The position numbers and the translations under genes were made by a program. DNA of 64,000 bases from Alphaproteobacteria bacterium (GTDB lineage Bacteria; Pseudomonadota; Alphaproteobacteria; Rickettsiales; UBA3002), in contig JBBCHK010000010.1 in NCBI GenBank assembly GCA_037200745.1, forward strand, positions 3,101-67,100, given 5' to 3'. Position 1 is the stretch's first letter. Each line of letters opens with the position of its first letter. Below the pieces are notes generated by a model. The model was not told the origin of the DNA and ran no database searches. It saw only the letters and a list, made by a program, of their open reading frames with translations. Shown here piece after piece: positions 41,209 to 49,785 of this stretch.

Positions 41209-41297
41209 GACTTGCCTTGCCGGTTCTGCGTCCGTTTTGAGGTTGTGGATATTACAGGGCACTGCGCTATTGTGAAGCGTTATCCACAAGGCAAGTC
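41209..41297. promoter_or_regulatory. Split inverted repeat containing a consensus DnaA-box sequence upstream of the cheA-like gene
   Basis: GACTTGCCTTG (41209-41219) and TTGTGGATA (41243-41251) are mirrored by TTATCCACAAGGCAAGTC (41280-41297). TTATCCACA equals the canonical DnaA box. Confidence 0.3.
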
Positions 41298-41303
41298 CGG
41301 TTT

Positions 41304-41605
41304 TAGTGGTGGCTGTGCCACGGGGGTCGAAGACGCCCCCGCTACCGGTTGACTCGCTATCGCTCGTCTCCCTCCGCTTCGCTCCGGGTCCCCTCGTTCG
41401 CTTCGCTCCGGCTCGCCTATTCGGCTACGCACGGATGAATTGGAACTCAGAATATTCTCAGCGCTTCCGCACTGCCTGCGTAGCCCGTCAGGGCGAGCCC
41501 GGAGGCGGCCGGAGGCCGCCGAAGGAGGGGGAGCGGAGCGGGGGCGAGTTCGCGAAGCGAACTTGAATTCGCCCCCACGCGCCGACAGGCGCCAATCAAA
41601 AACTA
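41304..41605. repeat. Mosaic palindromic element, copy D (full length; type-1-like left end, type-2 right arm)
   Basis: TAGTGGTGGCTGTGCCACGGGGG...CCCCCGCTACCGGTTGACTCGCT... Inverted core CCGCACTGCCTGCGTAG at 41467-41483. The right arm is the reverse complement of copy A. The chpT stop sits at its last 3 nt. Confidence 0.8.
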
Positions 41606-42268
41606 GCTCGCCGCCGCGACGGCGAGCTGGTGCTGTGTCGCGACGATCTCAAAGAGGTCACTGTGTGCCTCCACGGCGAGCGTCGCGCCGACTTCTTCGG
41701 CGATCTTGCGGGTCAGGAACGGCTGGGCGCTTTTCGGCGACAGCATGGAATCGTCGCCCTGGCCCTTGAGGATGAGCGCGGTCTCCGGGTCGAGCTTGAT
41801 GGTCTCGCCCTTGCCGCTCAGCGTGACGATCTTGTCGCCCGCCGCATTGGTGCCGATGCGTACCGAGATGGTGCCGCCACGGATCATCGCCGCCGCGGCG
41901 ATGACGAACATGTTGAGGATCAGCCGCGCCGTTTTCTGGCTGATCGAGATGCCGGCGGCGTCGGTATGGGTGTCGGGCCAGTCGAGCTTGACCTTGCTGC
42001 CCTCGAAGAAATTGATGGCGAGCTGTTTCTTGTCGGCCAGGCAGGCCTCGCCGGAATCCGACACGCGGCCGTAGGCCTGGCGGTAGAACTGCAGGCGGTT
42101 GACCGCCTCGTGGGCGCTGGAGAGGATGAGCTGCACGGCCTCGTGCTGCATGTCGAAGCCTTCGTCGCCCAGGAACTCGGCGCCGTTATTGACCGCGCCG
42201 ATCGGGCCCGTCAAATCGTGGCACAGGCGCGTGCACAGCATTTCCGCAAGTCTGGTCTCGGATACCAT
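41603..42268 (-). CDS. chpT: Histidine phosphotransferase ChpT
   Basis: LAEMLCTRLCHDLTGPIGAVNNGAEFL (phospho-His in the CHDL context) plus a degenerate HATPase-like C-terminal half. 221 aa. Confidence 0.85.
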   Translation of the reverse strand: MVSETRLAEMLCTRLCHDLTGPIGAVNNGAEFLGDEGFDMQHEAVQLILSSAHEAVNRLQFYRQAYGRVSDSGEACLADKKQLAINFFEGSKVKLDWPDTHTDAAGISISQKTARLILNMFVIAAAAMIRGGTISVRIGTNAAGDKIVTLSGKGETIKLDPETALILKGQGDDSMLSPKSAQPFLTRKIAEEVGATLAVEAHSDLFEIVATQHQLAVAAAS

Positions 42269-42360
42269 CGGGCCACTTTCTAACGATTCGCGTCAGGTTT
42301 CGCCATGATTTTTATGCTAGGCCCGAAATCTGAAGGAATCGTTAAACTTTTAGGCTTTTT

Positions 42361-42939
42361 TTAGGCTTTTCCCGGCAGGATGCGCGATTCGACGAGCGTC
42401 GCCAGCGCGTGCAGCCCGGTCTGGTGCGCTTCCTGGATATGTGCGGTGATAAGCGACGGGACCGCCAGCAGAAAATCGACATTTTCCTTCTGCTGCGCGC
42501 CCTTCTCGCCGGTGAACAGGGCGGTGGCGAGCCCCTGCGCCTTCGCCGCCTTCAGCGCGGCGAGGATGCTCGGGCTCTTCCCCGAGGTGGAGAGGGTGAT
42601 GAGCACATCGCCCTTTTTCCCCAGCGCCTCGACCTGGCGGGAGAAGACCTGCTCGTAGCCGTAGTCGTTGGCGATGGCGGTGAGGATGCCGGAATCGGCG
42701 GTGAGCGCGATGGCGGCGAGCGCGCGGCGGTCGTCGACGAAGCGGCCGACGAACTCGCCGGCGATGTGCATCGCGTCGCAGGCGCTGCCGCCGTTGCCGC
42801 AGAAAAAGAGCGTGCCGCCATCGCCGAGCGCCTGCGCGCACTGATCGGCCAGCGCGGTGAGCGTCGCGCCGCATTGCGCGAAGAACCCGTCGAGCGCCTC
42901 GTGGTGCCGGTCGCGGATGGTGTGAAGCAGCGCGTCCAT
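42361..42939 (-). CDS. gmhA: D-sedoheptulose-7-phosphate isomerase (SIS domain)
   Basis: FFCGNGGSACDAMHIAGEF, ALTADSGILTAIANDYGYEQVF, LITLSTSGKSPS, AHIQEAH. Confidence 0.85.
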   Translation of the reverse strand: MDALLHTIRDRHHEALDGFFAQCGATLTALADQCAQALGDGGTLFFCGNGGSACDAMHIAGEFVGRFVDDRRALAAIALTADSGILTAIANDYGYEQVFSRQVEALGKKGDVLITLSTSGKSPSILAALKAAKAQGLATALFTGEKGAQQKENVDFLLAVPSLITAHIQEAHQTGLHALATLVESRILPGKA

Positions 42940-43622
42940 CAGCCGCGCAGCGCCCGGATGTTCTTGGCGTAGGCCGTCGCGCCTTGCCCGCCTTTGCCGA
43001 ACACGGCCGAGCCGGCGACGAGCACGTTCGCCCCGGCCGCCACCGCCTCGCGCGCCGTGCCGGAGTTGATGCCGCCGTCCACCTCGAGATGGATGCGGCG
43101 CCCGGATTTGCGGATCATGGTGCGCAGGCGGCGGATCTTCTCCAGCTGGCTGACGATGAAGGACTGGCCGCCGAAGCCGGGATTGACCGTCATCACCAGG
43201 ATGAGGTCGACCGCATCCATGACGTAGTCGAGCACCGTCTCCGGCGTCGAGGGGCAGATGGAGACGCCCGCCTTCTTGCCGAGCGACTTGATCTGCTGCA
43301 GCGCGCGGTCGAGATGCGGCGTCGCCTCGGCATGCACGGTGATGATGTCGGCGCCCGCGCTCGCGTAGCTTTCGATGAAGGGCTCGACCGGCGCGATCAT
43401 CAGGTGGACGTCGAGGGTGAGCTTCGTATGCGGGCGGATGGCGGCGATGACGGCCGGGCCGATGGTGAGGTTGGGCACGAAATGCCCGTCCATCACGTCG
43501 ACATGCACCCAGTCGGCGCCGGCCTTGCCGATGGCAGTGACCTCTTCGCCCAGCTGCGCGAAATCCGCGGAGAGGATCGAGGGCGCGATGAGAAGCTTGC
43601 TCATGAGGCCGATGCGTAGCAT
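42939..43622 (-). CDS. rpe: Ribulose-phosphate 3-epimerase
   Basis: [45 protein letters not shown]. Alternative start at 43604 (MSKLLIAPS). Confidence 0.9.
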   Translation of the reverse strand: MLRIGLMSKLLIAPSILSADFAQLGEEVTAIGKAGADWVHVDVMDGHFVPNLTIGPAVIAAIRPHTKLTLDVHLMIAPVEPFIESYASAGADIITVHAEATPHLDRALQQIKSLGKKAGVSICPSTPETVLDYVMDAVDLILVMTVNPGFGGQSFIVSQLEKIRRLRTMIRKSGRRIHLEVDGGINSGTAREAVAAGANVLVAGSAVFGKGGQGATAYAKNIRALRG

Positions 43623-43639
43623 CGCCTTATGATAAAGTG

Positions 43640-43745
43640 AAGCGCTTCGCGCTTGGGGGGCACTAACGTGCCCCCGCTACCGCTCCCCCTCGCTTCGCTA
43701 CGCTCGCGGCTCACCTATCCGGCTACGCAAGACAGTGCGGCCAGC
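43640..43745. repeat. Mosaic palindromic element, copy E (solo arm, beta-type)
   Basis: GGGGGGCACTAACGTGCCCCCGCTACCGCTCCCCCTCGCTTCGCT...GGCTACGCAAGACAGTGCGG matches the reverse complement of the right arm of copy B. Confidence 0.6.
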
Positions 43746-44999
43746 TCAGCATTTAGTAAAACACGCCGCGAAGAAACCGTCCATGCCGCCATCGCCGGCA
43801 CGCATGTCGAGGCGGGTGCGCAGCATGCCATCCGCAATGCATTCCGCCGGGAGCCCCTGCGCGGGAACGAGCCGCGCGTCCTTGTGCGTGTCGAGGAACC
43901 ATTGCGCCTGCGCTTCGCCTTCCTCCGGCTCGAGCGAGCAGACGCAATAGACCATGCGCCCGCCCGACTTCAGCCAATCCCACGCGCGCGAAAGCATTTT
44001 GCGCTGGAGCGCGGCAAGCTCGGCGATGTCGCGCTCGCCGGTCAGCGCCAACACTTCCGGGTGGCGGCGCCATGTGCCCGTCGCGCTGCAGGGCGCGTCG
44101 AGCAGGATGGCGTCATAGGGCGTCGCGGGCTGCCATTCCAGTATGTCCGCCGTGATGCATTCGGCGGAAAGCTTCATGCGCGCGAGATTCCCGGCGAGCA
44201 GGCGCATGCGGCCCGGGCCACGGTCGAGCGCGGTGACGAGCGCACCGTCGCGCGCGAGCTGCATGGTCTTGCCGCCGGGTGCTGCGGCGAGGTCGAGCAC
44301 GCGCCGGCCGCGCACATCGCCGAGCAATCGCACGGGGTAGCTCGCCGCGATGTCCTGCACGAAGAATGCGCCCTCGGCGAAGCCGGGCAGCGCGGCGACC
44401 GATTCATGCTCCGGCGGCAGGCGCCATATCTGTCCGTCGAGCCGCGCGCCGGACGGCATCGTCGCCGGTTGCGGCAGGTTGAGGTCGAGCGGCGGGCGTT
44501 GCGCGGCGGCTTCGGCGACGGCGGCGGCGATCGCGGCGCCGTAACGCTGCTCCCAGCGCGCACGGAAATGCCCGGGGATATTGTGCAGCGCTTCCGGCAG
44601 CGCCGGCTTTTCGCGTGCGGCGCGCTGCAGCACGGCGTTGAGAAGCCCGGCGAGGCCGGCGTCCTTGCCGCCCTTGATCGCCTCGACGGTTTCGTTCACC
44701 GCCGCGTGCGCCGGCGTGTCGAGCAGCAATAGCTGTGCGAGGCCGATGCGCAGCGCTTGCGTGACGCGCGTCCGTTTCACCGGAAGCGGCTTGTCGAGAT
44801 AGCGCGCGATGAGCGCATCGAGCTGGCCGAGGTGACGCAGCACGGCGAGCGCGAGCAGCATGGCGAAGCGCGCATCCGCGGAATCGCCGGCGAGCGGCAG
44901 GCTTGCGGCAGCCTCGTCGAGCGTGCGTTGCTGCGTCAGCACGGCGTCGAGCAACGCGATGGCTTCGCGGCGGACGGCGGATGGGGCGATGCGGCTCAT
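43746..44999 (-). CDS. rsmB: 16S rRNA (cytosine-C5)-methyltransferase RsmB/Sun family
   Basis: NusB-like N-terminal domain, VLDLAAAPGGKT SAM motif, DAILLDAPCSATGTWRRHPE and YCVCSLEPEEGE catalytic Cys motifs. Start chosen at ATG 44999 (MSRIAPSAV). Confidence 0.85.
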   Translation of the reverse strand: MSRIAPSAVRREAIALLDAVLTQQRTLDEAAASLPLAGDSADARFAMLLALAVLRHLGQLDALIARYLDKPLPVKRTRVTQALRIGLAQLLLLDTPAHAAVNETVEAIKGGKDAGLAGLLNAVLQRAAREKPALPEALHNIPGHFRARWEQRYGAAIAAAVAEAAAQRPPLDLNLPQPATMPSGARLDGQIWRLPPEHESVAALPGFAEGAFFVQDIAASYPVRLLGDVRGRRVLDLAAAPGGKTMQLARDGALVTALDRGPGRMRLLAGNLARMKLSAECITADILEWQPATPYDAILLDAPCSATGTWRRHPEVLALTGERDIAELAALQRKMLSRAWDWLKSGGRMVYCVCSLEPEEGEAQAQWFLDTHKDARLVPAQGLPAECIADGMLRTRLDMRAGDGGMDGFFAACFTKC

Positions 45000-45015
45000 G
45001 ATGGATTTTCCTTTC

Positions 45016-45041
45016 GTCATTCCCGCCTGCGCGGGAATGAC
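45016..45041. repeat. Short REP-like hairpin GTCATTCCCGC-ctgc-GCGGGAATGAC
   Basis: Perfect 11-bp stem. A related unit, ATCCCCGC-gaag-GCGGGGAT, lies at 60763-60782. Confidence 0.6.
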
Positions 45042-45104
45042 AGATAAGACCTTTTGCGAAAGAAGGAAACTTGCATCGCTTCGCTGCAGTGATATGAAAC
45101 CTGC

Positions 45105-45242
45105 ATGCCGCCCGAAACGCCGCCGAAGAAGGACGAGACGCCGCCACAGGCCGTGCCGCAACCGGCGGCGAAGCCCGCGCCCAGGCCCGACCCCACGCGC
45201 TACGGCGACTGGGAAGTGAACGGCCGCTGCATCGATTTCTGA
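45105..45242 (+). CDS. DUF1674 (SDHAF4-like) small protein
   Basis: 45 aa ending in the family signature PTRYGDWEVNGRCIDF. Below the ORF-track size cutoff. Confidence 0.7.
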   Translation: MPPETPPKKDETPPQAVPQPAAKPAPRPDPTRYGDWEVNGRCIDF

Positions 45243-46444
45243 TGGCGCGGCCCGATGCAATCCTGACCCGTATCGCCTGCGCTGCCGCCGCGCTGATGCC
45301 CTTCTTCGTCCTGCTGGGACCGGCGGGCGGTGACATCGCGGGCAGCTTCATCGCCGTGCTTTTCCTGCTGCACAGCGCGATCGCGCGCGACTGGCGATGG
45401 ACGCGCGAGCGCTGGGTGCAATGCGCGCTCGCCCTCACGCTGTTTATTTCGTTGCGCGCGTTATGGGCACCGGATGCGATTTCACTCTGGCGCGCGGCGA
45501 CGTGGCTGCGCTATCCCGTGTTCGGCGCGGCGCTGGCCTTCTGGTGCCTGCGCGGGGAGGCGACGCGCAAGCGGCTGTTCCTCGTCGCCTGCATCGCCGC
45601 CGCGCTGCTGGTCGCCGACACGCTCGTCCAGTACGTGTTCCACGTCGACCTCACCGGCCGGCCGCGCATCGATTACGGCAGCATCGTGCGCCTCACCGGG
45701 CCTTACAAGTCGCCGCATGTCGGCTCGGTCATCCTGGCGCTGATCTTCCCGGCGCTGCTGACGCGCCGCTTCTGGCCGGGCGTGGTCCTCGGGGTCGCCG
45801 CGACGATCGCCATCTACCTTTCCGGCGAGCGCATGCCGCTGCTGCTGCTGCTGCTCGGCTTCCTGCTTTCCTTCCTGCTGTTGCCGCGCGCCCGCGCGAT
45901 GCTCGCCGCCGTCCTGCTCACCGCCGTCCTCGGGGCGGCGGCGCTCACCCTGACGCAGCCCGTCCTGCACACCCGCCATATCGACGATACCCGGCAGCAG
46001 TTCGCCGGCGGCCTCTGGCAATCGGCCTACGGGCAGGTGTGGCATTCGGCGCTGGCGATCGCCGAAGCGCATCCGCTGGCCGGGGTCGGCAGCGAGGAAT
46101 TCAGCCGCATTTGCCCCGACCCCGCCTATGGCGAAACGACGCCGCGCGCGCTGCATTTCCGCTGCCCGCAGCACCCGCACAATATCTACCTGCAATGGTT
46201 CGCCGAGAACGGGATCGTCGGGCTCGGGCTTTATTGCGGCATGCTCGCCTGCTGGATCGGCACCGTCGCGCGGCGCAGCTTCGTGTGGAGCAACGAGCCG
46301 CTCGCCACCGCGCTCGTGGTAACGCTGCTGGTGCGGCTGTGGCCGCTCGCCGTCGGCACGAACCTCTTCAGCTCCTGGTCGGCGATGACGCTGTGGCTGG
46401 TCGCCGGCTGGCTGCTCGCCCTGCTTGCGGCGGGTGAATCCTAG
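45242..46444 (+). CDS. O-antigen ligase/polymerase (Wzy_C) family membrane protein
   Basis: About 10 TM segments, a periplasmic loop, and HPHNIYLQWFAENGIVGLGLY, typical of the O-antigen ligase family. Confidence 0.75.
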   Translation: MARPDAILTRIACAAAALMPFFVLLGPAGGDIAGSFIAVLFLLHSAIARDWRWTRERWVQCALALTLFISLRALWAPDAISLWRAATWLRYPVFGAALAFWCLRGEATRKRLFLVACIAAALLVADTLVQYVFHVDLTGRPRIDYGSIVRLTGPYKSPHVGSVILALIFPALLTRRFWPGVVLGVAATIAIYLSGERMPLLLLLLGFLLSFLLLPRARAMLAAVLLTAVLGAAALTLTQPVLHTRHIDDTRQQFAGGLWQSAYGQVWHSALAIAEAHPLAGVGSEEFSRICPDPAYGETTPRALHFRCPQHPHNIYLQWFAENGIVGLGLYCGMLACWIGTVARRSFVWSNEPLATALVVTLLVRLWPLAVGTNLFSSWSAMTLWLVAGWLLALLAAGES

Positions 46445-46980
46445 CTCGCCTTGCCGTCGTCGCCCGCCCGGTCGGCTTCGGGGATCCAGACCAGCGCCAT
46501 CAGGTAGGTGACGGCGAGCGCGACGACGCTGCCGATCAACACGCTCACCGTGCGGTCGAGCGCGACGCTGAGGACGCCGCCATGCGCCGGGTCGACCAGC
46601 GCCGAGGAGATGACGATCGCGGTGGTCACCGGGCCGATGCGCCAGCCCTGCATCATGCGCGTGAGGTAGATCGAGGCCAGCGCGGTCAGCGCGGCGGCGA
46701 TGGGCAGGAAATCCGCGTGCGGGCCGAAGCCGAGGAGGAAGACCAGCCCCATCGCGCTGCCCACCAGCGTGTTGATGAAGCGCGAGAGGAACGTCGTCCA
46801 CGCGTTCTTCATGTGCGGCTCGGAAACGACGATGACGGTGATCAGCCCCCATACCGGGCTGCCGATGCCGAGCGCCTCCATCAGCACCCAGACGATCGCC
46901 GTGCCGAGCAGGATGCGCACGGCATAATGCAGCCCCTCGAGATAGGGCACCGGCGGCAGCTCGGCGAACGGGTTCTTCAT
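46441..46980 (-). CDS. FUSC/aromatic-acid-exporter-like small membrane protein
   Basis: MKNPFAELPPVPYLEGLHYAVRILLGTAIVWVL.. followed by 4-5 TM helices. Start at ATG 46980 inside ORF 46441-47121. Confidence 0.55.
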   Translation of the reverse strand: MKNPFAELPPVPYLEGLHYAVRILLGTAIVWVLMEALGIGSPVWGLITVIVVSEPHMKNAWTTFLSRFINTLVGSAMGLVFLLGFGPHADFLPIAAALTALASIYLTRMMQGWRIGPVTTAIVISSALVDPAHGGVLSVALDRTVSVLIGSVVALAVTYLMALVWIPEADRAGDDGKAS

Positions 46981-47265
46981 ACGGTCGATATAGCAATCCC
47001 CGCGCAAAAAAACAGCCGCCACGTTGCCGGCGCGCATAATTTCGTTGAGTCTTCGGTTTCTTTCCCTACGATGTTCCCCGGACGGTCGAGAAGCCGTTCG
47101 GGGTGTGAAGACCTCCTGCAATGCCGGCGTTGTGCAGCCGTTACCCGCACTCCCTAGCTTGGCTGGGGAGGCTGTAATGGATGTCCAGGCCTAACGGCTA
47201 AAGATTACAGCAAACCTTGCATTGCAGGTTTCTTCAACTCCCCTGCCACCATTGGGGAGAACGGG

Positions 47266-48195
47266 ATGCATTGCGATCTTGGAGGCGCAACGCCGGGGCA
47301 AAGCGGAATCCCGGCGCATACGGGGGACCTCCGACAGGCATTCACCCTCGTCGAGCTCGCCATCGTGCTGGTCATCATCGGCCTGCTGGTGGGCGGGGTG
47401 CTCACCGGGCGGGACCTTATCCAGTCGGCGAGGATCAATGCTACGGTGAGCGACCTGCAATCCTACACCGCCGCGGCGATGACCTTCCGCGATAAATACG
47501 GCGGCATCCCCGGCGATCTGCGCTACGACAAGGCGGCACAGGCCGGCCTCACCATCAGCGCCGTCAGTCCCGGCGCCACCGGCGAAGGGGATGGCGACGG
47601 CATATTGCGCGACAGCGACGGCGTGGCGTCGGTGTGCCCCGGCGGAACGGCCAATCAATTCGGATTGGGTGGCGAAAATGTGCTCTTCTGGCGGCAATTA
47701 TCGGACGCGGGATTGATCGCCTTCAAATCCGTCGCGGACGGCACGTGCCTCGATACCTCTTCTTTCCTGAACAATACCGCCGCCGAGATCAGCACCCTGA
47801 AACCCCTGATTCCCACGTTGCGCCTGCGCGACTCAGGGTTCGTGCACACCATTACCATTCCTTCTTCGGGCGCAGGCGGCAACGCCCCGGGGAATTATTA
47901 TAAGCTCGGCCAGTTCACGGCGGGCGGAAGCCTGACCAAAGGCGCCATCCAGTCCAGCCCCGTTATGACTACCCGTGAGGCCCTCGGCATCGACCAGAAG
48001 ATGGATGACGGCTTCCCCGCGACAGGCGCCGTGTACTCTAATCTCACTGGCGCCAGCACCACGCCATTCAATGGAGGCTCACCGGTGACGAGTTCCGACA
48101 CGCTCTGCTATGACAATTCCACCACGGCGGGTTCCTACGCAGTGGCCATCGACGACAATCTGCGCTGCAGCCTGTTCGTCCGGGCGGGCTTCTAG
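47266..48195 (+). CDS. Prepilin-type N-terminal domain protein (pilin/pseudopilin-like), orphan
   Basis: ..RQAFTLVELAIVLVIIGLLVGGVL class-III signal-like segment (Ala rather than Gly at -1) followed by a ~260-aa Gly/Ser/Thr-rich domain. The start is uncertain. Confidence 0.55.
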   Translation: MHCDLGGATPGQSGIPAHTGDLRQAFTLVELAIVLVIIGLLVGGVLTGRDLIQSARINATVSDLQSYTAAAMTFRDKYGGIPGDLRYDKAAQAGLTISAVSPGATGEGDGDGILRDSDGVASVCPGGTANQFGLGGENVLFWRQLSDAGLIAFKSVADGTCLDTSSFLNNTAAEISTLKPLIPTLRLRDSGFVHTITIPSSGAGGNAPGNYYKLGQFTAGGSLTKGAIQSSPVMTTREALGIDQKMDDGFPATGAVYSNLTGASTTPFNGGSPVTSSDTLCYDNSTTAGSYAVAIDDNLRCSLFVRAGF

Positions 48196-48197
48196 TC

Positions 48198-48500
48198 TTA
48201 TTCCCAATGCCCGCGGACGTAGGCGCCGTGGTACCAGCCGTCGCCCACCCAGTGGCGGTGGTAGGGGCGATTCCAGTAGCCCCAGTCGTAATAGCGGTGC
48301 GGCTCGTAGCCCAACGGGCCGTAGTAAACGGGCGGCGGGGGCGGCGGCGCGTAATAGCCCGGCGGAGGCGCGTAATAGACGGGCGGCGGCGCGTAATAAC
48401 CCGGGCTCGACAGGCCGATGCCGACGGAGACTGCCGCGTCGGCCGGACCGGCGGCGGAAAGCAGCGCCAGCGCGGCGCTCACGAGTAACAGTTTTTTCAT
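48198..48500 (-). CDS. Small secreted Tyr/Pro-rich repeat protein
   Basis: Signal peptide MKKLLLVSAALALLSAAGPADA, then PGYYAPPPVYYAPPPGYYAPPPPPPVYY and a Trp/His/Tyr-rich tail. Confidence 0.55.
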   Translation of the reverse strand: MKKLLLVSAALALLSAAGPADAAVSVGIGLSSPGYYAPPPVYYAPPPGYYAPPPPPPVYYGPLGYEPHRYYDWGYWNRPYHRHWVGDGWYHGAYVRGHWE

Positions 48501-48585
48501 GACATCCTCCTTGGGTACGCAAAGACCATGGTGCTTCTTAAATAGAAGCCTTGCCGCAAAGGAACGATCCGGCGGCGGCGCGGCT

Positions 48586-48891
48586 TTAATAACCCGGGCA
48601 TAAAGTCGACTGTTTCACGGCGGGCACGCGGGTGACGGTCGTGGGCGTGAGGCCCGCCGGCGTGATCAGGTCGCGCAGCTTGCAGTTGTCGACGTCGCCG
48701 GAGGTGTTCAGCGTCACCGAGTGGCCGGGGATGTCGCCCTGCACGGAAGTGATCGTGTGCTCGGCGAGCAGGCGGCCGGTCACGGCCTTGAGGGAAGCGG
48801 AATCGAGCGCGGCGAAATGCACGGTGATGATATTGGCCTGCGCCGCCAGCGGCAGCGTGAGGACCAGGAGGCTGAGGATCAAACGGCGCAT
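48586..48891 (-). CDS. Small secreted hypothetical protein
   Basis: Signal peptide MRRLILSLLVLTLPLAAQA. 101 aa with codon usage consistent with the host. No family recognised. Confidence 0.4.
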   Translation of the reverse strand: MRRLILSLLVLTLPLAAQANIITVHFAALDSASLKAVTGRLLAEHTITSVQGDIPGHSVTLNTSGDVDNCKLRDLITPAGLTPTTVTRVPAVKQSTLCPGY

Positions 48892-49036
48892 GGGTAAATC
48901 ATGCCTCGGAAGCGCGCGCGGCGCAACTCAATTTTCGGCAATATCGGCGCGGGCGGGCGGCGGGCTCAGGGGCCCAGATTACGGTTGCCCGCGCGCCAAA
49001 ACCCTCTATATCGTCCTTTAAGAAACAGGGTTTCCG

Positions 49037-49783
49037 ATGGCAGGCCATTCCACGCAAAGAACGTCGCCCGGCGCAAGGGCGCGCAGGACGCGAAAAAAGC
49101 GAAGATCCTCACCAAGGTCGCGCGCGAGATCATCGTCGCCGCCAAGTCCGGGCCGGACCCGAACTTCAACGCCAAGCTGCGCGCGGTGCTCATCAAGGCG
49201 CGCCAGTCCGGCATGCCGAAGGAACGGGCGGACGCCGCCATCGCCAAGGGCTCGGGCACCGGCAGCATGGAGAATTTCGAGAGCGTGCGCTACGAGGGCT
49301 ACGGGCCGGGCGGCGTCGCCGTCATTATCGAGGCGCTGACCGACAACCGCAACCGCACCGCCGCCGAGATCCGAAGCATCTTCACCAAGAGCGGCGGCAA
49401 CCTCGGCGAGACGGGCTCGGTCGGTTTCATGTTCGAGCGCGTCGGGCTGATCGACTATCCCCGCCGAGCGCATCATCGAGGACGCGATGCTCGAAGCCGC
49501 CATCGACGCCGGCGCCGAGAACTGCGAAACGGCGGACGGCGTGCATACCGTCACCACGAGCATGGAGTCGTTCAACGCCGTGCGCGACACGCTGGCGCAG
49601 AAATTCGGCGACGCCACCGAGGGCAAGATCGCCTGGCTGCCGAAGGTCGCGGCGAATGTCGGCGGCGAGCAGGCCGAAGCGCTGATGGACCTCATCGACG
49701 CGCTGGAAGATAACGACGACGTGCAGGACGTCTTCACCAACGCCGAGTTCGACGCGGCGACATTGCAGAAGCTGAGTGCATAA
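49037..49783 (+). pseudogene. yebC: YebC/PmpR family transcriptional regulator, 2 frameshifts
   Basis: MAGHS|[62 protein letters not shown]..|..[19 protein letters not shown]. The first break is a C-run undercall at ~49050. Confidence 0.85.
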
Positions 49784-49785
49784 TT

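Noticed and set aside
41209-41297. Whether the consensus DnaA box pair marks a chromosomal replication origin.
   Set aside because: Only two boxes are present. There is no AT-rich unwinding element, no cluster of further boxes, and none of the neighbouring genes (hemE, dnaA, parAB) that typically flank alphaproteobacterial origins.
24955-43745. Whether the repeated GC-rich elements could be a CRISPR array.
   Set aside because: The copies are kilobases apart, 100-320 bp long, internally palindromic and in both orientations. There is no regular repeat-spacer periodicity and no cas genes.
44999-45260. An N-terminal extension of rsmB in the 504-aa ORF 43746-45260.
   Set aside because: The extension is Arg/Gly-rich, runs through a REP hairpin and overlaps the divergent DUF1674 gene. 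The family-typical N-terminus begins at ATG 44999.
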